This document shows, piece by piece, positions 47,026-56,902 of a DNA stretch of 64,000 nt. The notes below the pieces were generated by a model. That model was given only the letters and a program-made list of their open reading frames with translations, had not been told where the DNA came from and searched no databases. Position 1 is the first letter of the stretch. Each line of letters begins with the position of its first letter. The stretch spans positions 1-64,000 of the forward strand of contig JBMFSH010000010.1 in the NCBI GenBank assembly GCA_049967655.1. Reading direction: 5' to 3'. The stretch is from Acidobacteriota bacterium (GTDB lineage: Bacteria; Acidobacteriota; UBA4820; DSQY01). A program made the translations under genes and the position numbers.

Positions 47026-47409
47026 ATGCCGGATTGGACTGCCATTGCGGCGATTACGACGGTCTTCGGGGCCGGCGTGATCATCGTTGCCATCGTCATG
47101 TGGGTTCATTACCGTAAGAGCATCATGCGCAACCAGGAGCGCTTGGCCGCCATCGAGAAGGGCATCCCTCTGCCGGACCTGGCCGAGCCCGGCGCCCCCG
47201 TGGGTCGGAACCACTTCCGCCATCCGTTGCGCCACGGTATCCGTTCCCTCTTTATCGGAGCGGGGCTGGCCTGGGCGCTCTACGTCAGCGTCGGGCCGAC
47301 GGCGGCCGTGTGGGGCGGCTTCGTGGCCGTGATCGGCCTGGGCGACCTGGTCTACTGGGCGCTGGTGGGGCGGAAGGTGGAGAGCGCGCCCGGGGACGCT
47401 CCCCGCTGA
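47026..47409 (+). CDS. Small membrane protein, DUF6249-like
   Basis: TM, ERLAAIEKG, LRHGI, two further TMs; AAGGAGG RBS. Confidence 0.75.
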   Translation: MPDWTAIAAITTVFGAGVIIVAIVMWVHYRKSIMRNQERLAAIEKGIPLPDLAEPGAPVGRNHFRHPLRHGIRSLFIGAGLAWALYVSVGPTAAVWGGFVAVIGLGDLVYWALVGRKVESAPGDAPR

Positions 47410-47455
47410 GCGGCCTCCGATCTTCTAATATTGGGAAAGGAAGAGGGAGCCGCGC

Positions 47456-48025
47456 ATGGAGCATCAGCCCGCCGAACAGCGCTGGATCGATGCCTTCAGG
47501 GCGGGTGACGCGGCGGCCTTCGCCAAAATCATGGAACACTACGAGCCGTATGTTCTGGGGCTCATCTGGCGGATGACGGGCGATCGCGCCACGGCCGAGG
47601 ACCTCTGTCAGGAGACCTTCCTGAAGGTCCTCAAGGGCCTCGGCTCCTTCCGGCGGGGCAGCAGCCTGAAGACGTGGATCTTCAGGATCGCCCACAACGC
47701 GGTGGTGGACCACGCGAGGGAGACGGGCCGCGCCGCCGAGCCGCTGGAGGAGTCCGGCGCCGATGCCTGCCCGCCCGATCCCGCGCCGACGCCCCTCGCG
47801 CAGGTGGAGGAGGGTCAGCTCCGCCGGGGGATCGAGGAGGCCATGGGGACCCTGGCGCCCCGCGAGAGGGAGATCCTGCACCTGCTCTACTGGGACGGCC
47901 TCAGCGTGGCGGAGATTGCCGCCGCCTGCACCCTGCCCGAAGGGACGGTGAAGACGCTGCTCTTCCGCGCCCGCCGGGCGCTGAGAGACCGGGTGGCCCG
48001 AGATCTGATGGAGACTCGCCCATGA
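47456..48025 (+). CDS. ECF RNA polymerase sigma factor
   Basis: GDAAAF, AEDLCQETFLK, TWIFRIAHN, EIA...GTVKTLLFRAR. Confidence 0.95.
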   Translation: MEHQPAEQRWIDAFRAGDAAAFAKIMEHYEPYVLGLIWRMTGDRATAEDLCQETFLKVLKGLGSFRRGSSLKTWIFRIAHNAVVDHARETGRAAEPLEESGADACPPDPAPTPLAQVEEGQLRRGIEEAMGTLAPREREILHLLYWDGLSVAEIAAACTLPEGTVKTLLFRARRALRDRVARDLMETRP

Positions 48026-48546
48026 CCTGCCGAGAATGCCTCGACCTGCTCGACGGCCTGGAGCCCGGTGCGCCGGTGCCGGAGGCCTGCCGGGAGCACG
48101 CGGCCTCCTGCCCCGCCTGCGCCCTGGCCCTGCGGATCGAGGGGAGCCTGCGGGAGGCGCCCGAGTGGGCCAAACAGCCGCACCTCGCCCTCGAAACGAG
48201 GGCCGACCTTCTGGGGCGGGCCCGCGTCGGCCGTCTGTTCTGGCGTCAGGCGGGGGGGCTCTTCGAGGAGGCCGCTGTCACGGCGCTGACCGTCCTCTCC
48301 GTGATCGCGGGGCTGGTGATCCTCTGGCCCAAGCTCTCGGCGGCGCTGGTGCCCGAGCCGGCGCGGCGGGCCGCGGCGGAGTACCTCGGGCCCGCGGCCA
48401 GATACCTCTCCGGCCTTCTCGCCCCGCTCGCTCCGCTCATCCGGGAGCCCTGGGGGCTGGCGCTCACCGCCGCCGCCCTCTTCTCCATCCTCATGGCCGT
48501 CGTCCTCAGCGCCAAAGTTCTCCTCCCCGCCCCGCACTTTCGGTAG
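48022..48546 (+). CDS. Zinc-binding membrane anti-sigma factor
   Basis: MTCREC...HAASCPAC (HxxxCxxC); TM segments; ATGA overlap with the sigma gene. Confidence 0.85.
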   Translation: MTCRECLDLLDGLEPGAPVPEACREHAASCPACALALRIEGSLREAPEWAKQPHLALETRADLLGRARVGRLFWRQAGGLFEEAAVTALTVLSVIAGLVILWPKLSAALVPEPARRAAAEYLGPAARYLSGLLAPLAPLIREPWGLALTAAALFSILMAVVLSAKVLLPAPHFR

Positions 48547-48616
48547 CACAAGGCCGCGGGGGAAAGGGCGGTGAAGTGGTCTGTATGGTGAATCCCCAAA
48601 CTGCTGAGCCGGCTGA

Positions 48617-48636
48617 ATTCCCGCGTTCGCGGGAAT
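48617..48636. repeat. ATTCCC-N8-GGGAAT palindrome (dRS3/REP-like)
   Basis: ATTCCC GCGTTCGC GGGAAT followed by GAC. Confidence 0.6.
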
Positions 48637-48814
48637 GACGGGGAGAGGATACGGCCAGCCGCGAGGGGACCAACGCGGCGCCTTGTGCGGCCCATTTCCC
48701 CCTGCCCGGCAGTACCCTCGGCGCCGTGAAAGCGGGAGATCCGGTAAGCATTTAGGGCCGCGAAGATAGGGGTTTCATTCATCCCGCTTCGTGCCTCGGT
48801 GGTAATTCTTCTTT

Positions 48815-48854
48815 CCCCTCTTCTCTCCGTGCTCTCCGTGTGCTCCGTGGTGAA
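48815..48854 (-). repeat. 9-mer-based dispersed repeat, right (inverted) copy
   Basis: Minus strand TTCACCACGGAGCACACGGAGAGCACGGAGAGAAGAGGGG; 2 mismatches and 1 indel versus 46576-46614. Confidence 0.8.
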
Positions 48855-48869
48855 TGCCCCTCTCTTCGC

Positions 48870-49949
48870 CTACCCCGCAGCGCCCCAGCCGAGGCCGCGG
48901 CGGCCCGAGCCGGTCCGGCGGAGGCCCTGGCGGGGGGCGGCGAGGCTGCGGCCGACGGCTTCGGCGACGGGGCCGATCTCGTCCATGAGCTGGCGGAACT
49001 CGGCGAGGGTGAGGGACTGGTCCCCGTCGGAGAGGGCGCGGTCGGGGTCGGGGTGCACCTCCACCATGAGGCCGTCGGCTCCGGCGGCGACGGCGGCTCG
49101 GGCCATGGGGATGACGGCGGCGCGGCGACCGGTGCCGTGGGAGGGGTCCACGACGACCGGCAGGTGGGTGCGGGCCTTCAGGATGGGCACGGCGTTGAGG
49201 TCGAGGGTGTTGCGCGTGGCCGTCTCGAAGGTCTTGATGCCGCGCTCGCAGAGGATGACGTTGGGGTTGCCCTGGAGCAGGAGATACTCGGCGGCGAGGA
49301 GGAACTCGGCTATCCCGGCGGAGGGGCCGCGTTTCAAAAGGGCGGCCTTGCCCGTGCGTCCCACGGCCTTGAGGAGCGGGAAGTTCTGCATGGAGCGAGC
49401 GCCGAGCTGGAAGCAGTCCACGAAGGGGGCCATGGCCTCCACGTCGCCCGGGTCCATCACCTCGGAGACCACGGGCAGGCCGGCGGCGCGGCCCGCCTCC
49501 TGGAGCATCTCCAGGGCCTCGCGGCCGAAGCCCTGGAAGGAATAGGGAGAGGTCCTCGGCTTGTAGGCGCCGCCCCTGAGCACCGTGGCGCCGTAGGCGG
49601 AGACGAAGCGCGCGCAGGTCTGCACCTGCGTGGGGCCCTCCACGGAGCAGGGTCCGGCCATGACGGCGAGGGCCGGGCCGCCCACGAGGCAGGGGCCGAT
49701 GGCGACGGTGGTCCTGCCCGGGTTGGCCTCCAGCGAGGCGAGGGCCGGCGTGCTCTCGCCCGGCTGGACCCACTCCACGCCGGCCATGGCGCGCAGGTTC
49801 CCGGCGAAGGCCACACCCGAGCCGAGTCCGGCAAGGAAGCTGCCGAAGGGCAGGGCCACGGGATGGACCTCGAAGCCGGCTTTGGCGAGGGTCTCGGCGA
49901 CGGCGCCGCGTTCGGAGGGGGAGGCGGTGGGGCTCATCTTGACGATCAT
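48870..49949 (-). CDS. aroF: 3-deoxy-7-phosphoheptulonate (DAHP) synthase, type I-beta with N-terminal regulatory domain
   Basis: [47 protein letters not shown] overlap with trpA. Confidence 0.93.
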   Translation of the reverse strand: MIVKMSPTASPSERGAVAETLAKAGFEVHPVALPFGSFLAGLGSGVAFAGNLRAMAGVEWVQPGESTPALASLEANPGRTTVAIGPCLVGGPALAVMAGPCSVEGPTQVQTCARFVSAYGATVLRGGAYKPRTSPYSFQGFGREALEMLQEAGRAAGLPVVSEVMDPGDVEAMAPFVDCFQLGARSMQNFPLLKAVGRTGKAALLKRGPSAGIAEFLLAAEYLLLQGNPNVILCERGIKTFETATRNTLDLNAVPILKARTHLPVVVDPSHGTGRRAAVIPMARAAVAAGADGLMVEVHPDPDRALSDGDQSLTLAEFRQLMDEIGPVAEAVGRSLAAPRQGLRRTGSGRRGLGWGAAG

Positions 49950-50806
49950 GGGGTCTGCTCCTTCCCGGCGCGGGCAGGGGGACTTCCCGCGAGCTGCCGG
50001 ATGAAATGCTGGGCGGCGCGGCGGGGGTCGCCGGCGCCGGCGGTTTCGAGGTGGCGGACGAAGGCCGAGCCGACCACGGCGGCCTCGCAGAGGGACCAGA
50101 GCCCCTCCACGTCGGCGTGGTCCTTCACGCCGAAGCCCACGGCCACGGGAAGGGCGGAGACGGCGCGCGCGGCGCCGACCCTTTCGGCCAGGTCCGAACC
50201 GGCGCTGCCGTGCGTGCCGGTCACACCCTCGCGGGCCACCACGTAGAGGAAGCCTCCCCCGTGCGCCGCGATGCGCGCGGCCCGCTCGGGGGTGGTATTG
50301 GGGCTGAGGAGGACCACAGGGTCGAGCCCCCCGCGCCGGATCTCGCTGAACCAGGCGGGCTCCTCCTCGGGCGCGCAATCCAAAAGGAGCAGGCCGTCCG
50401 CCCCGGCGTCGCGGGCCCTCCCGAGGAAGCGGTCGAGGCCGAAGGCGAGGACGGGGTTGGCATAGGTGAAGAGAACCACGGGGAGGTCATTCTCGGCGCG
50501 AAGCCGTTCGAGCAGGGAGAGGGTTCCCTCCACCGAGCCGCCCGAGGCCAGCGCGCGCTGGTGGGCCCGCTGGATCACGGGGCCGTCGGCCACCGGGTCG
50601 GAGCAGGGGATGCCGATCTCCAGCGCACGGGCGCCTCCCTCGGCGGCGCCGGCGGCGGCCTCCAGGAAGGCCTCGGGGGTGGGATCGAAGGCGGTGAGGT
50701 AGGGGATCAGGGCGCGGCCAGGAGCCAGCGCTTGCTCCAAGCGGCTGGTGTTCCTGGGGTGTCGAGACGGGCGCTGGTCGGCGTGGGTAGCGGTGTGCTC
50801 TCGCAT
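49946..50806 (-). CDS. trpA: Tryptophan synthase alpha chain
   Basis: [31 protein letters not shown]. Confidence 0.95.
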   Translation of the reverse strand: MREHTATHADQRPSRHPRNTSRLEQALAPGRALIPYLTAFDPTPEAFLEAAAGAAEGGARALEIGIPCSDPVADGPVIQRAHQRALASGGSVEGTLSLLERLRAENDLPVVLFTYANPVLAFGLDRFLGRARDAGADGLLLLDCAPEEEPAWFSEIRRGGLDPVVLLSPNTTPERAARIAAHGGGFLYVVAREGVTGTHGSAGSDLAERVGAARAVSALPVAVGFGVKDHADVEGLWSLCEAAVVGSAFVRHLETAGAGDPRRAAQHFIRQLAGSPPARAGKEQTP

Positions 50807-50816
50807 GGGTGGCTCC

Positions 50817-52052
50817 TCAGCAGAAGGGTCCATGGGCGTCGGGGCCCGCGGCGGCGGGGCCATCGGTGGAGGCGGCCGAGAGGTTGCCCATGTCCTTGTC
50901 CCCGCGGCCCGAGAGGTTCAGGAGCACCCGTGCTTTCGGTCCCAGCTCGGCGGCCCCGCGCTCCAGCAGGTAAGCCACGGCGTGGGCGCTTTCAAGGGCG
51001 GGGATGATGCCCTCCAGCTCGGCAAGCCTGTGGAAGGCGCGCAGAGCCGAGCCGTCGGGGACGCTCGTGTAGCGCGCCCGCCCCGTGCGGAAGAGGTCGC
51101 TGTGCTCGGGCCCAACGGCGGGGTAGTCCAGGCCCGCCGCCACCGACTCGGTGGACAGCACCTGGCCATCCGGATCCTGGAGGAGGTAGGTGAAGCAGCC
51201 GTGCAGGATGCCCGGCGAGCCCCCCGAGAAGCGGGCTGCGTGGTGGCCCGGCTCCGGCGAGGAGCCGCCCGCCTCCACCCCCACGAGGGCCACGGCCTCG
51301 TCCCCAAGGAAGGCGGAGAAGAGGCCGATGGAGTTCGAGCCACCGCCGACGCAGGCCACGGCGGCGTCGGGCAGGCGCCCCTCGGCCTCCAGGAACTGTC
51401 CGCGGGCCTCTTCGCCGATGACCGATTGGAAGGTGCGCACGATGGCGGGAAAGGGGCGCGGGCCCAGGGCCGATCCCAGGAGGTAGTGGGTGTCGGAGGG
51501 GTGGGCAGCCCAGTCGCGCAGGGCCTCGTTGATGGCCTCCTTGAGAGTGGCCGCCCCCGACTCCACGGGCTCCACGCGGGCGCCGAGCATGCGCATCCGG
51601 GCGACGTTCGGTGCCTGGCGCTCCATGTCGGTGCGGCCCATGTAGACGGTGCAAGGGAGGCCCAGCAGAGCGCAGGCCGTGGCGGAGGCGACGCCGTGCT
51701 GGCCGGCGCCCGTCTCCGCAATGACGCGCCTCTTGCCCATGCGCTTGGCGAGCAGGGCCTGGCCGAGGGCGTTGTTGATCTTGTGGGAGCCCGTGTGACC
51801 GAGGTCCTCACGTTTGAGGTAGACCACGGCGAGCCGTGCCTCGGCGGCGAGGCGCCCGGCCTTGAAGAGGGGCGTGGGGCGGCCCGAGTAGTCGCGCAGG
51901 AGGCGCCGGAAGGAGTCGCGGAAGGGCTCGTCGGCCCACGCCGAGCAAAAGGCCTCCTCCAGTTCGAGCAGGGGAGCCATGAGGGTCTCCGGTACGAAGC
52001 GGCCGCCGAAGGGGCCGAAATCCCGCTGTTGGGTCGTCAGATCGAAGGGCAT
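50817..52052 (-). CDS. trpB: Tryptophan synthase beta chain
   Basis: [35 protein letters not shown]. Confidence 0.97.
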   Translation of the reverse strand: MPFDLTTQQRDFGPFGGRFVPETLMAPLLELEEAFCSAWADEPFRDSFRRLLRDYSGRPTPLFKAGRLAAEARLAVVYLKREDLGHTGSHKINNALGQALLAKRMGKRRVIAETGAGQHGVASATACALLGLPCTVYMGRTDMERQAPNVARMRMLGARVEPVESGAATLKEAINEALRDWAAHPSDTHYLLGSALGPRPFPAIVRTFQSVIGEEARGQFLEAEGRLPDAAVACVGGGSNSIGLFSAFLGDEAVALVGVEAGGSSPEPGHHAARFSGGSPGILHGCFTYLLQDPDGQVLSTESVAAGLDYPAVGPEHSDLFRTGRARYTSVPDGSALRAFHRLAELEGIIPALESAHAVAYLLERGAAELGPKARVLLNLSGRGDKDMGNLSAASTDGPAAAGPDAHGPFC

Positions 52053-52720
52053 GGGTCACTCCTGAGGGGAATGGTCGGAACGGAAAAGCCGGGCGCCGCA
52101 GCGGCCAGTGCGCGGCGAGCTGCCGCGCAGAAGGCCCGGACCCGGCCGGGGTCTTTCACGCCGGGCGAGGACTCCAGGCCCGTGGCGGCGTCCACGCCGG
52201 CGGGGGAGCAGGCTGCCACGGCGGACTCCACGTTGTCCGGCCCGAGCCCGCCCGCGAGGAGGAAGGGGCGAGGGGCGGAGGCGGCGAGGCTCCAGTCGAA
52301 GCGGCGCCCGTTGCCGCCGGCGGCCGGGCCAGGCGCGTCGAGCAGGAGCAGGTGGCCCCAGGTAGGCGCCGGCAGGGAGCCCGGCAGGGCCCGCCGGGCT
52401 TCGAGCAGGCGCCAGCCGGTCCGGGCAAGCTCGCGCCGGAGGGATGGGGCCGGGGCGGCCGTGAGCTGGAGCCAGCCCGGCGCGAACCCCGCTAGCGACG
52501 CGAGGGACGCCGCGTTCAGGGGGGAGAGGACGAGGACGGGCACCAACCCGAGGGAGCGGGCCGCGCCCTGAAGGCGGGCCATGGATTCGGGCGGAAGGAA
52601 GCGCGGACTTCGCTCCCAGCCGTTGAGGCCGGCGTGGGTCGCCCCCGCCAGCGCGCAGAATTCCAGTTCGCGCTCGGTGCGAATGCCGCAGACCTTGATC
52701 CAGGGCCGGCGAGGGCTCAT
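52037..52720 (-). CDS. trpF: Phosphoribosylanthranilate isomerase
   Basis: IKVCGI, LLDA...[30 protein letters not shown]. Confidence 0.9.
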   Translation of the reverse strand: MSPRRPWIKVCGIRTERELEFCALAGATHAGLNGWERSPRFLPPESMARLQGAARSLGLVPVLVLSPLNAASLASLAGFAPGWLQLTAAPAPSLRRELARTGWRLLEARRALPGSLPAPTWGHLLLLDAPGPAAGGNGRRFDWSLAASAPRPFLLAGGLGPDNVESAVAACSPAGVDAATGLESSPGVKDPGRVRAFCAAARRALAAAAPGFSVPTIPLRSDPCPSI

Positions 52721-53523
52721 GCGAACCTCCGGGCCGGTTCGTCCCCGAGGGCCAGCCGGTAGGTGTGCAACAGCTCGTCGGGACGTTCGGAGCGCATGAG
52801 GGTCTCGCCGATGAGAAAGCCGTGGGCGCCGGCGGCCCTCAACTCCACGAGGTCCCGGTGGGTCCGGATGCCGCTCTCGGCGATGCAGGCGCAGGTCGAG
52901 GGACAGCGCGCCGCGAGGCGCTTCACCCGCTCCAGGTCCACCTCGAAGGTGTCGAGATCGCGCGCGTTGATTCCCACCAGCCGGGCGCCCGAGCCCGAGG
53001 CCTCCTCCAGCTCGCTCTCCGCGTGGACCTCCACCAGCGGCTCCAGACCCTGGCGAAGGCTCTCGGCCACGAAGGCCGCGAGCCGCCCCTCCAGCACCCG
53101 GGCGATGAGCAGGACCCAGCGGGCCCCCGCGGCGCGGGCCGTGAGGAGCTGGTAGGGGTCCACCACGAAATCCTTGTAGAGGACGGGGAGGGGCACGGCG
53201 GCCGCCGCGGCCCGCACGTCCGCGTCCGATCCTCGGAAGAAGTCGGGCTCCGCGAGCACGCTCACGGCCCCGGCTCCGCCCTGAGCGTAGCGGCGCGCGC
53301 GGGCGGCCACGTCCACCTCGCCGGCGATGAGCCCCTTGCTCGGAGAGGCGCGCTTGATCTCGCCGATGAGGAAGCCGCGAGAGGAGCGCACGCCGGGGGC
53401 CGGATCGGGGGGAGGAACGGCCGGGCCGAGCCGGCGGTCGAGCTCGGCGGCGGGCAGGAGGGCCTCGGCTTCCTCCACGCGGCGCATGCGCTGGTTTAAG
53501 ATCGTCTCAAGATACCTGTGCAC
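52717..53523 (-). CDS. trpC: Indole-3-glycerol phosphate synthase
   Basis: IGEIKRASPSKG, LYKDF, LVEVH, GINARDL, AESGI. Confidence 0.95.
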   Translation of the reverse strand: MHRYLETILNQRMRRVEEAEALLPAAELDRRLGPAVPPPDPAPGVRSSRGFLIGEIKRASPSKGLIAGEVDVAARARRYAQGGAGAVSVLAEPDFFRGSDADVRAAAAAVPLPVLYKDFVVDPYQLLTARAAGARWVLLIARVLEGRLAAFVAESLRQGLEPLVEVHAESELEEASGSGARLVGINARDLDTFEVDLERVKRLAARCPSTCACIAESGIRTHRDLVELRAAGAHGFLIGETLMRSERPDELLHTYRLALGDEPARRFA

Positions 53524-54538
53524 GCCGGACCTCCCCGTCGGACGACAGCAGCCGGTTCAAGAAGCGGGCCACCCGCCCGCCGCCCAGGGCCTCGCGGGCC
53601 AGGCCGGCGCCCTCGCGAAGGTCTTCGCACCGGCCCGCCGCTCGGAGTGCGAGGGCCGCGTTGGCCGCTACCGCGTCCCGCAGGCCGGCTGGCCCCGAGC
53701 CCTTCAGGAGAGCGGTGAGCAGCTCGGCGTTGCCGCCCGCGTCTCCGCCCGCCAGCTCGGACTCGGCGCAAGGGGGCAGGCCGAAGTCGCTCGCGCCCAG
53801 CTCGTAGCTCTCCATGCGTCCGTCGCGGATCTCCCGCACGGCCACGCGCCCGTGCAGGACGGCCTCGTCGTAGCCTCCCTCGCCGTGGATCACAAGGGCG
53901 CGCCTCGTGCCGAGGGCCATCAGCGTCCGCGCCATCAGCTCCATGGCCTCGGGGCGGAAGACGCCGACCACCTGGCGTCCCGCCAAGGCGGGGTTCAATG
54001 TGGGGCCGAGGAAATTGAAGGCGGTGCGAACCCCCAGGGCCTTGCGCACCAGGGCCACGCGGGCCATGGCCGGGTGGTAGAGCGGCGCGAAGAGGAAGAC
54101 GAAGCCGCAGCGCTCCATGCGGGCGAGGGCCTCCTCGGGCGGCTCCGAGATGGGGTAGCCCAGGTGTTCCAGGAGGTCCGCCGACCCGCAGCGGCTGGAG
54201 ATGCTGCGGTTGCCGTGCTTGGCCACGGGGACGCCCAGGGAGGCCACCACCAGGGCCGCCGCCGTGCTGAGGTTGAAGCTGTGGCGGCCGTCGCCCCCCG
54301 TGCCGCAGGTGTCCACGGCCTCGGGGAAGGGCTGGAAGGGCGTGGCCTCGCGCCGGAAGGCGGAGGCGAGGCCGGAGAGCTCTTCCGCCGTCTCGCCGCG
54401 CGCGGCGAGGGCGCCGAGGAAGGCCGCCGTCTGGAGGGGCTCGGCGCGACCCTGCGCCAGGTCGGTTCCCACGGACTCGGCTTCCGAGGCGGTCAGGCGG
54501 CCGCCCCCCGTCACCTTGGCCAGAAGCTCCTTACGCAC
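53507..54538 (-). CDS. trpD: Anthranilate phosphoribosyltransferase
   Basis: DTCGTGGDG, NLST, AKHGNRS.SS..GSAD. Confidence 0.96.
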   Translation of the reverse strand: MRKELLAKVTGGGRLTASEAESVGTDLAQGRAEPLQTAAFLGALAARGETAEELSGLASAFRREATPFQPFPEAVDTCGTGGDGRHSFNLSTAAALVVASLGVPVAKHGNRSISSRCGSADLLEHLGYPISEPPEEALARMERCGFVFLFAPLYHPAMARVALVRKALGVRTAFNFLGPTLNPALAGRQVVGVFRPEAMELMARTLMALGTRRALVIHGEGGYDEAVLHGRVAVREIRDGRMESYELGASDFGLPPCAESELAGGDAGGNAELLTALLKGSGPAGLRDAVAANAALALRAAGRCEDLREGAGLAREALGGGRVARFLNRLLSSDGEVRRAQVS

Positions 54539-55115
54539 GGGCCACCTCCCTGCACAGCCCGGCGAAGCGGGCCAGGATCTGCATCCCCTCGGGCGTGAGC
54601 ACCGACTCGGGGTGGAACTGCACGCCGTGGCAAGGGTAGCGGCGGTGCTGGACCGCCATGATTTCGCCCTCGGGCGTGGAGCCCTGGACGCGCAACTCTG
54701 CCGGGAAGCCCTCGCTGCTCGCGACCAGGGAGTGGTAGCGGCCCGCCGTGAGGGGGCTGGGCAGGCCGGAGAGCAGGCCGCTGCCGTCGTGGAGCACGGG
54801 CGAGGTCTTCCCGTGCATGGGGCGGGAGGCCCGCCCGACCCTTCCGCCGAAGGCCTCGACGATGACCTGGTGGCCCAGACAGACGCCCAGGATGGGGACC
54901 TCGGGGGCCAGCTCCGCGACCACCCGAGGGCAGATGCCCGCGTCGGCTGGGGCGCCGGGGCCGGGGGAGAGAACGATGCCCGAGGGCTTCAGCGCGCGGA
55001 TCTCGTCGGTCGAGATGTCGTCATTGCGCACCACGCGGAGGTCGGGCTCCAACGTCCCGATCATGGAGACGAGGTTGTAGGTGAAGGAATCGTAGTTATC
55101 GATGAAAAGGATCAT
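54531..55115 (-). CDS. trpG: Anthranilate synthase component II (glutamine amidotransferase)
   Basis: IDNYDSFTYN, SPGPG, GVCLGHQ, RYHSL, GVQFHPES. Confidence 0.95.
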   Translation of the reverse strand: MILFIDNYDSFTYNLVSMIGTLEPDLRVVRNDDISTDEIRALKPSGIVLSPGPGAPADAGICPRVVAELAPEVPILGVCLGHQVIVEAFGGRVGRASRPMHGKTSPVLHDGSGLLSGLPSPLTAGRYHSLVASSEGFPAELRVQGSTPEGEIMAVQHRRYPCHGVQFHPESVLTPEGMQILARFAGLCREVARA

Positions 55116-55150
55116 GGGACTGCTCCTTCGCAACAGACGGCCGATGGGGC

Positions 55151-55253
55151 GAGATTCCGAGATGCCGAAATGAGGAGATGAGGTGATGAGGGGATGAGGA
55201 AAGACAGAGGCGCGGGCTGGCAGTATTCCCGCATCTCGGCATCTCGAAATCCC
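55151..55253. repeat. Octamer-built imperfect inverted repeat between trpE and trpG
   Basis: GAGATTCCGAGATGCCGAAATGA (55151-55173) versus the reverse complement of 55231-55253; further GTGATGAG-type units between the arms. Confidence 0.7.
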
Positions 55254-55254
55254 G

Positions 55255-56682
55255 TCATCGCGCCTCTCCGCCCAGCGCGTCGAGCAGGGCGCCGGCCTTG
55301 TGGTGAATCTCCTTCCATTCGCTCTCGGGCTGGGAGTCGGCCACGATGCCGGCTCCCGCCCGGAAGCGGACCCGCCCTCCGGCGAATTCGAAGGTCCGGA
55401 TGGCGATGCAGGTCTCCAGGTTGCCCGCCGTGTCGAGGATGCCCACGGCGCCTCCGTAGACGCCGCGGTCCTGCGCCTCCAGCCCGCTCAGGACCTCGAC
55501 GGCTCTGATCTTGGGGGCGCCGCTCACGGTGCCCGCCGGGAAGGTGCTCCAGAGCGCGTCGAGCCCGCTTCTTCCCTCCGCCAGCGTCCCGTGGACCTCC
55601 GAGGTGATGTGCATGACGTGCGAGAATCGCTCCACGACGGCCTGGACGGGGACGCCCACGGAGCCGAACTCGCAGACGCGGCCCAGGTCGTTGCGGGCCA
55701 AGTCCACGAGCATGGCGTGCTCGGCCAGCTCCTTGGGGTCCTGGAGGAGCTCGCGTTCGAGGCGGCGGTCCTCCTCTGGAGTCCCGCCACGGGGCCGCGT
55801 GCCGGCGATGGGGATGGTGGTAGCCGAACGTCCCTCCACGCGCAGGAGCATCTCGGGCGAGGCCCCCACCACCTGCCGCCCGCCGAGGGAGACGTAGAAG
55901 TGGTAGGGCGAGGGGTTGAGGCGCCTCAGACGCCGGTAGACCTCGAAGGGGTCGCCCTCGAAGGGGCCGCCGAAGGGTTCGGAGACCACCACCTGGTAGG
56001 TGTCGCCCGCGAGGATGCGCTCCTTGACGGCGGCGATGTTCCGCGTGAAGCGCTCGCGGTCAGGCCTCTCCTCGGGCACCCAGCGCGGCGGCGGGGGGGG
56101 AGCGGGCAGGGGCCTCTCGAGCTTCTGCTGGATGGAGCGGAGCTGCGCGAGGGCCGCGCTCTCCTCCTCCTGGGGCGCCGGAAGGCGGTAGAGGTGGCAC
56201 TCCTGGCGGAGGTGGTCGAAGATCACGCCGGTCGTGAAGAGGCCGAAGACGATGCGGGGATCCCTCGTGGGCGGCAGGGACCGCTCCAGCACGGGCTCGG
56301 CCATGGAGAAGGCGGAGAAGTCCACCCAGCCCACCGCGCCGCCCATGTAGGGGATGGGAGGCTCGGCCCACCGGGAGGAGAAGCCGCCGACCCAGCGGGC
56401 GAAAGCCTGGCGCGCCGAGCCGGCCAGGGGGATGCTCTCGGAGCCCCGGCGGAGCCTCGCTGAGCCGTCCGCCTCGAAGACCTCGGCCGGGTGAAGGCCC
56501 AGGAAGGAGTAACGCGCCTGCGTTTCGCCGCCCGCCACGGACTCCAGCAGGAACGCCTCCTCGCCGGGTCCGGTGAGGGCCAGGAAGGCGCGGACGGGGG
56601 TGAGCAGGTCCCCCGGAATCCGCAGGCGGACGATCTGCCTGGGTTGCGCGGCCGGGCGCCGGTCGGTCTCCGATTGGGGCAT
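55255..56682 (-). CDS. trpE: Anthranilate synthase component I
   Basis: FLLES...RYS, NPSPY, GASPE, PIAGTR, EHAMLVDLARND, FPAGTVSGAPK. Confidence 0.96.
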   Translation of the reverse strand: MPQSETDRRPAAQPRQIVRLRIPGDLLTPVRAFLALTGPGEEAFLLESVAGGETQARYSFLGLHPAEVFEADGSARLRRGSESIPLAGSARQAFARWVGGFSSRWAEPPIPYMGGAVGWVDFSAFSMAEPVLERSLPPTRDPRIVFGLFTTGVIFDHLRQECHLYRLPAPQEEESAALAQLRSIQQKLERPLPAPPPPPRWVPEERPDRERFTRNIAAVKERILAGDTYQVVVSEPFGGPFEGDPFEVYRRLRRLNPSPYHFYVSLGGRQVVGASPEMLLRVEGRSATTIPIAGTRPRGGTPEEDRRLERELLQDPKELAEHAMLVDLARNDLGRVCEFGSVGVPVQAVVERFSHVMHITSEVHGTLAEGRSGLDALWSTFPAGTVSGAPKIRAVEVLSGLEAQDRGVYGGAVGILDTAGNLETCIAIRTFEFAGGRVRFRAGAGIVADSQPESEWKEIHHKAGALLDALGGEAR

Positions 56683-56713
56683 CTTCGCATCCTCCGCCCG
56701 CCCTCGCGGGCAC

Positions 56714-56742
56714 AAAAAAAGGCCCACCGTTTCCGGTGGGCC
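56714..56742 (-). terminator. trp attenuator terminator
   Basis: GGCCCACCG-GAAA-CGGTGGGCC followed by T7 on the minus strand, directly upstream of trpE. Confidence 0.92.
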
Positions 56743-56765
56743 GGGTGTTTGGCGAATGGTGGCGC

Positions 56766-56852
56766 CTAGGCGGCCGCCATCCTCTCGCGCACACCCAGCC
56801 CGCCGTACCACCAATAGTTCATGTTGGTCGTCGCGATCTGGGTGTACGCCAC
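56766..56852 (-). CDS. trpL: trp operon leader peptide (MAYTQIATTNMNYWWYGGLGVRERMAAA)
   Basis: GGAGG RBS before GTG 56852 (alternative ATG 56822); tandem TGG TGG; stop lies just before the terminator. Confidence 0.82.
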   Translation of the reverse strand: MAYTQIATTNMNYWWYGGLGVRERMAAA

Positions 56853-56873
56853 TTCTGCCTTCCTCCAGGCGAG

Positions 56874-56902
56874 AGGATAGGCCAAAGTAGTGCTGCTGTC
56901 AA
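56874..56902 (-). promoter_or_regulatory. Sigma70 promoter of the trp operon
   Basis: TTGACA-N17-TATCCT. Confidence 0.8.

Noticed and set aside
49950..50378. Extended N-terminus of DAHP synthase in the ORF track
   Set aside because: Overlaps trpA in another frame; ATGA coupling supports the start at 49949
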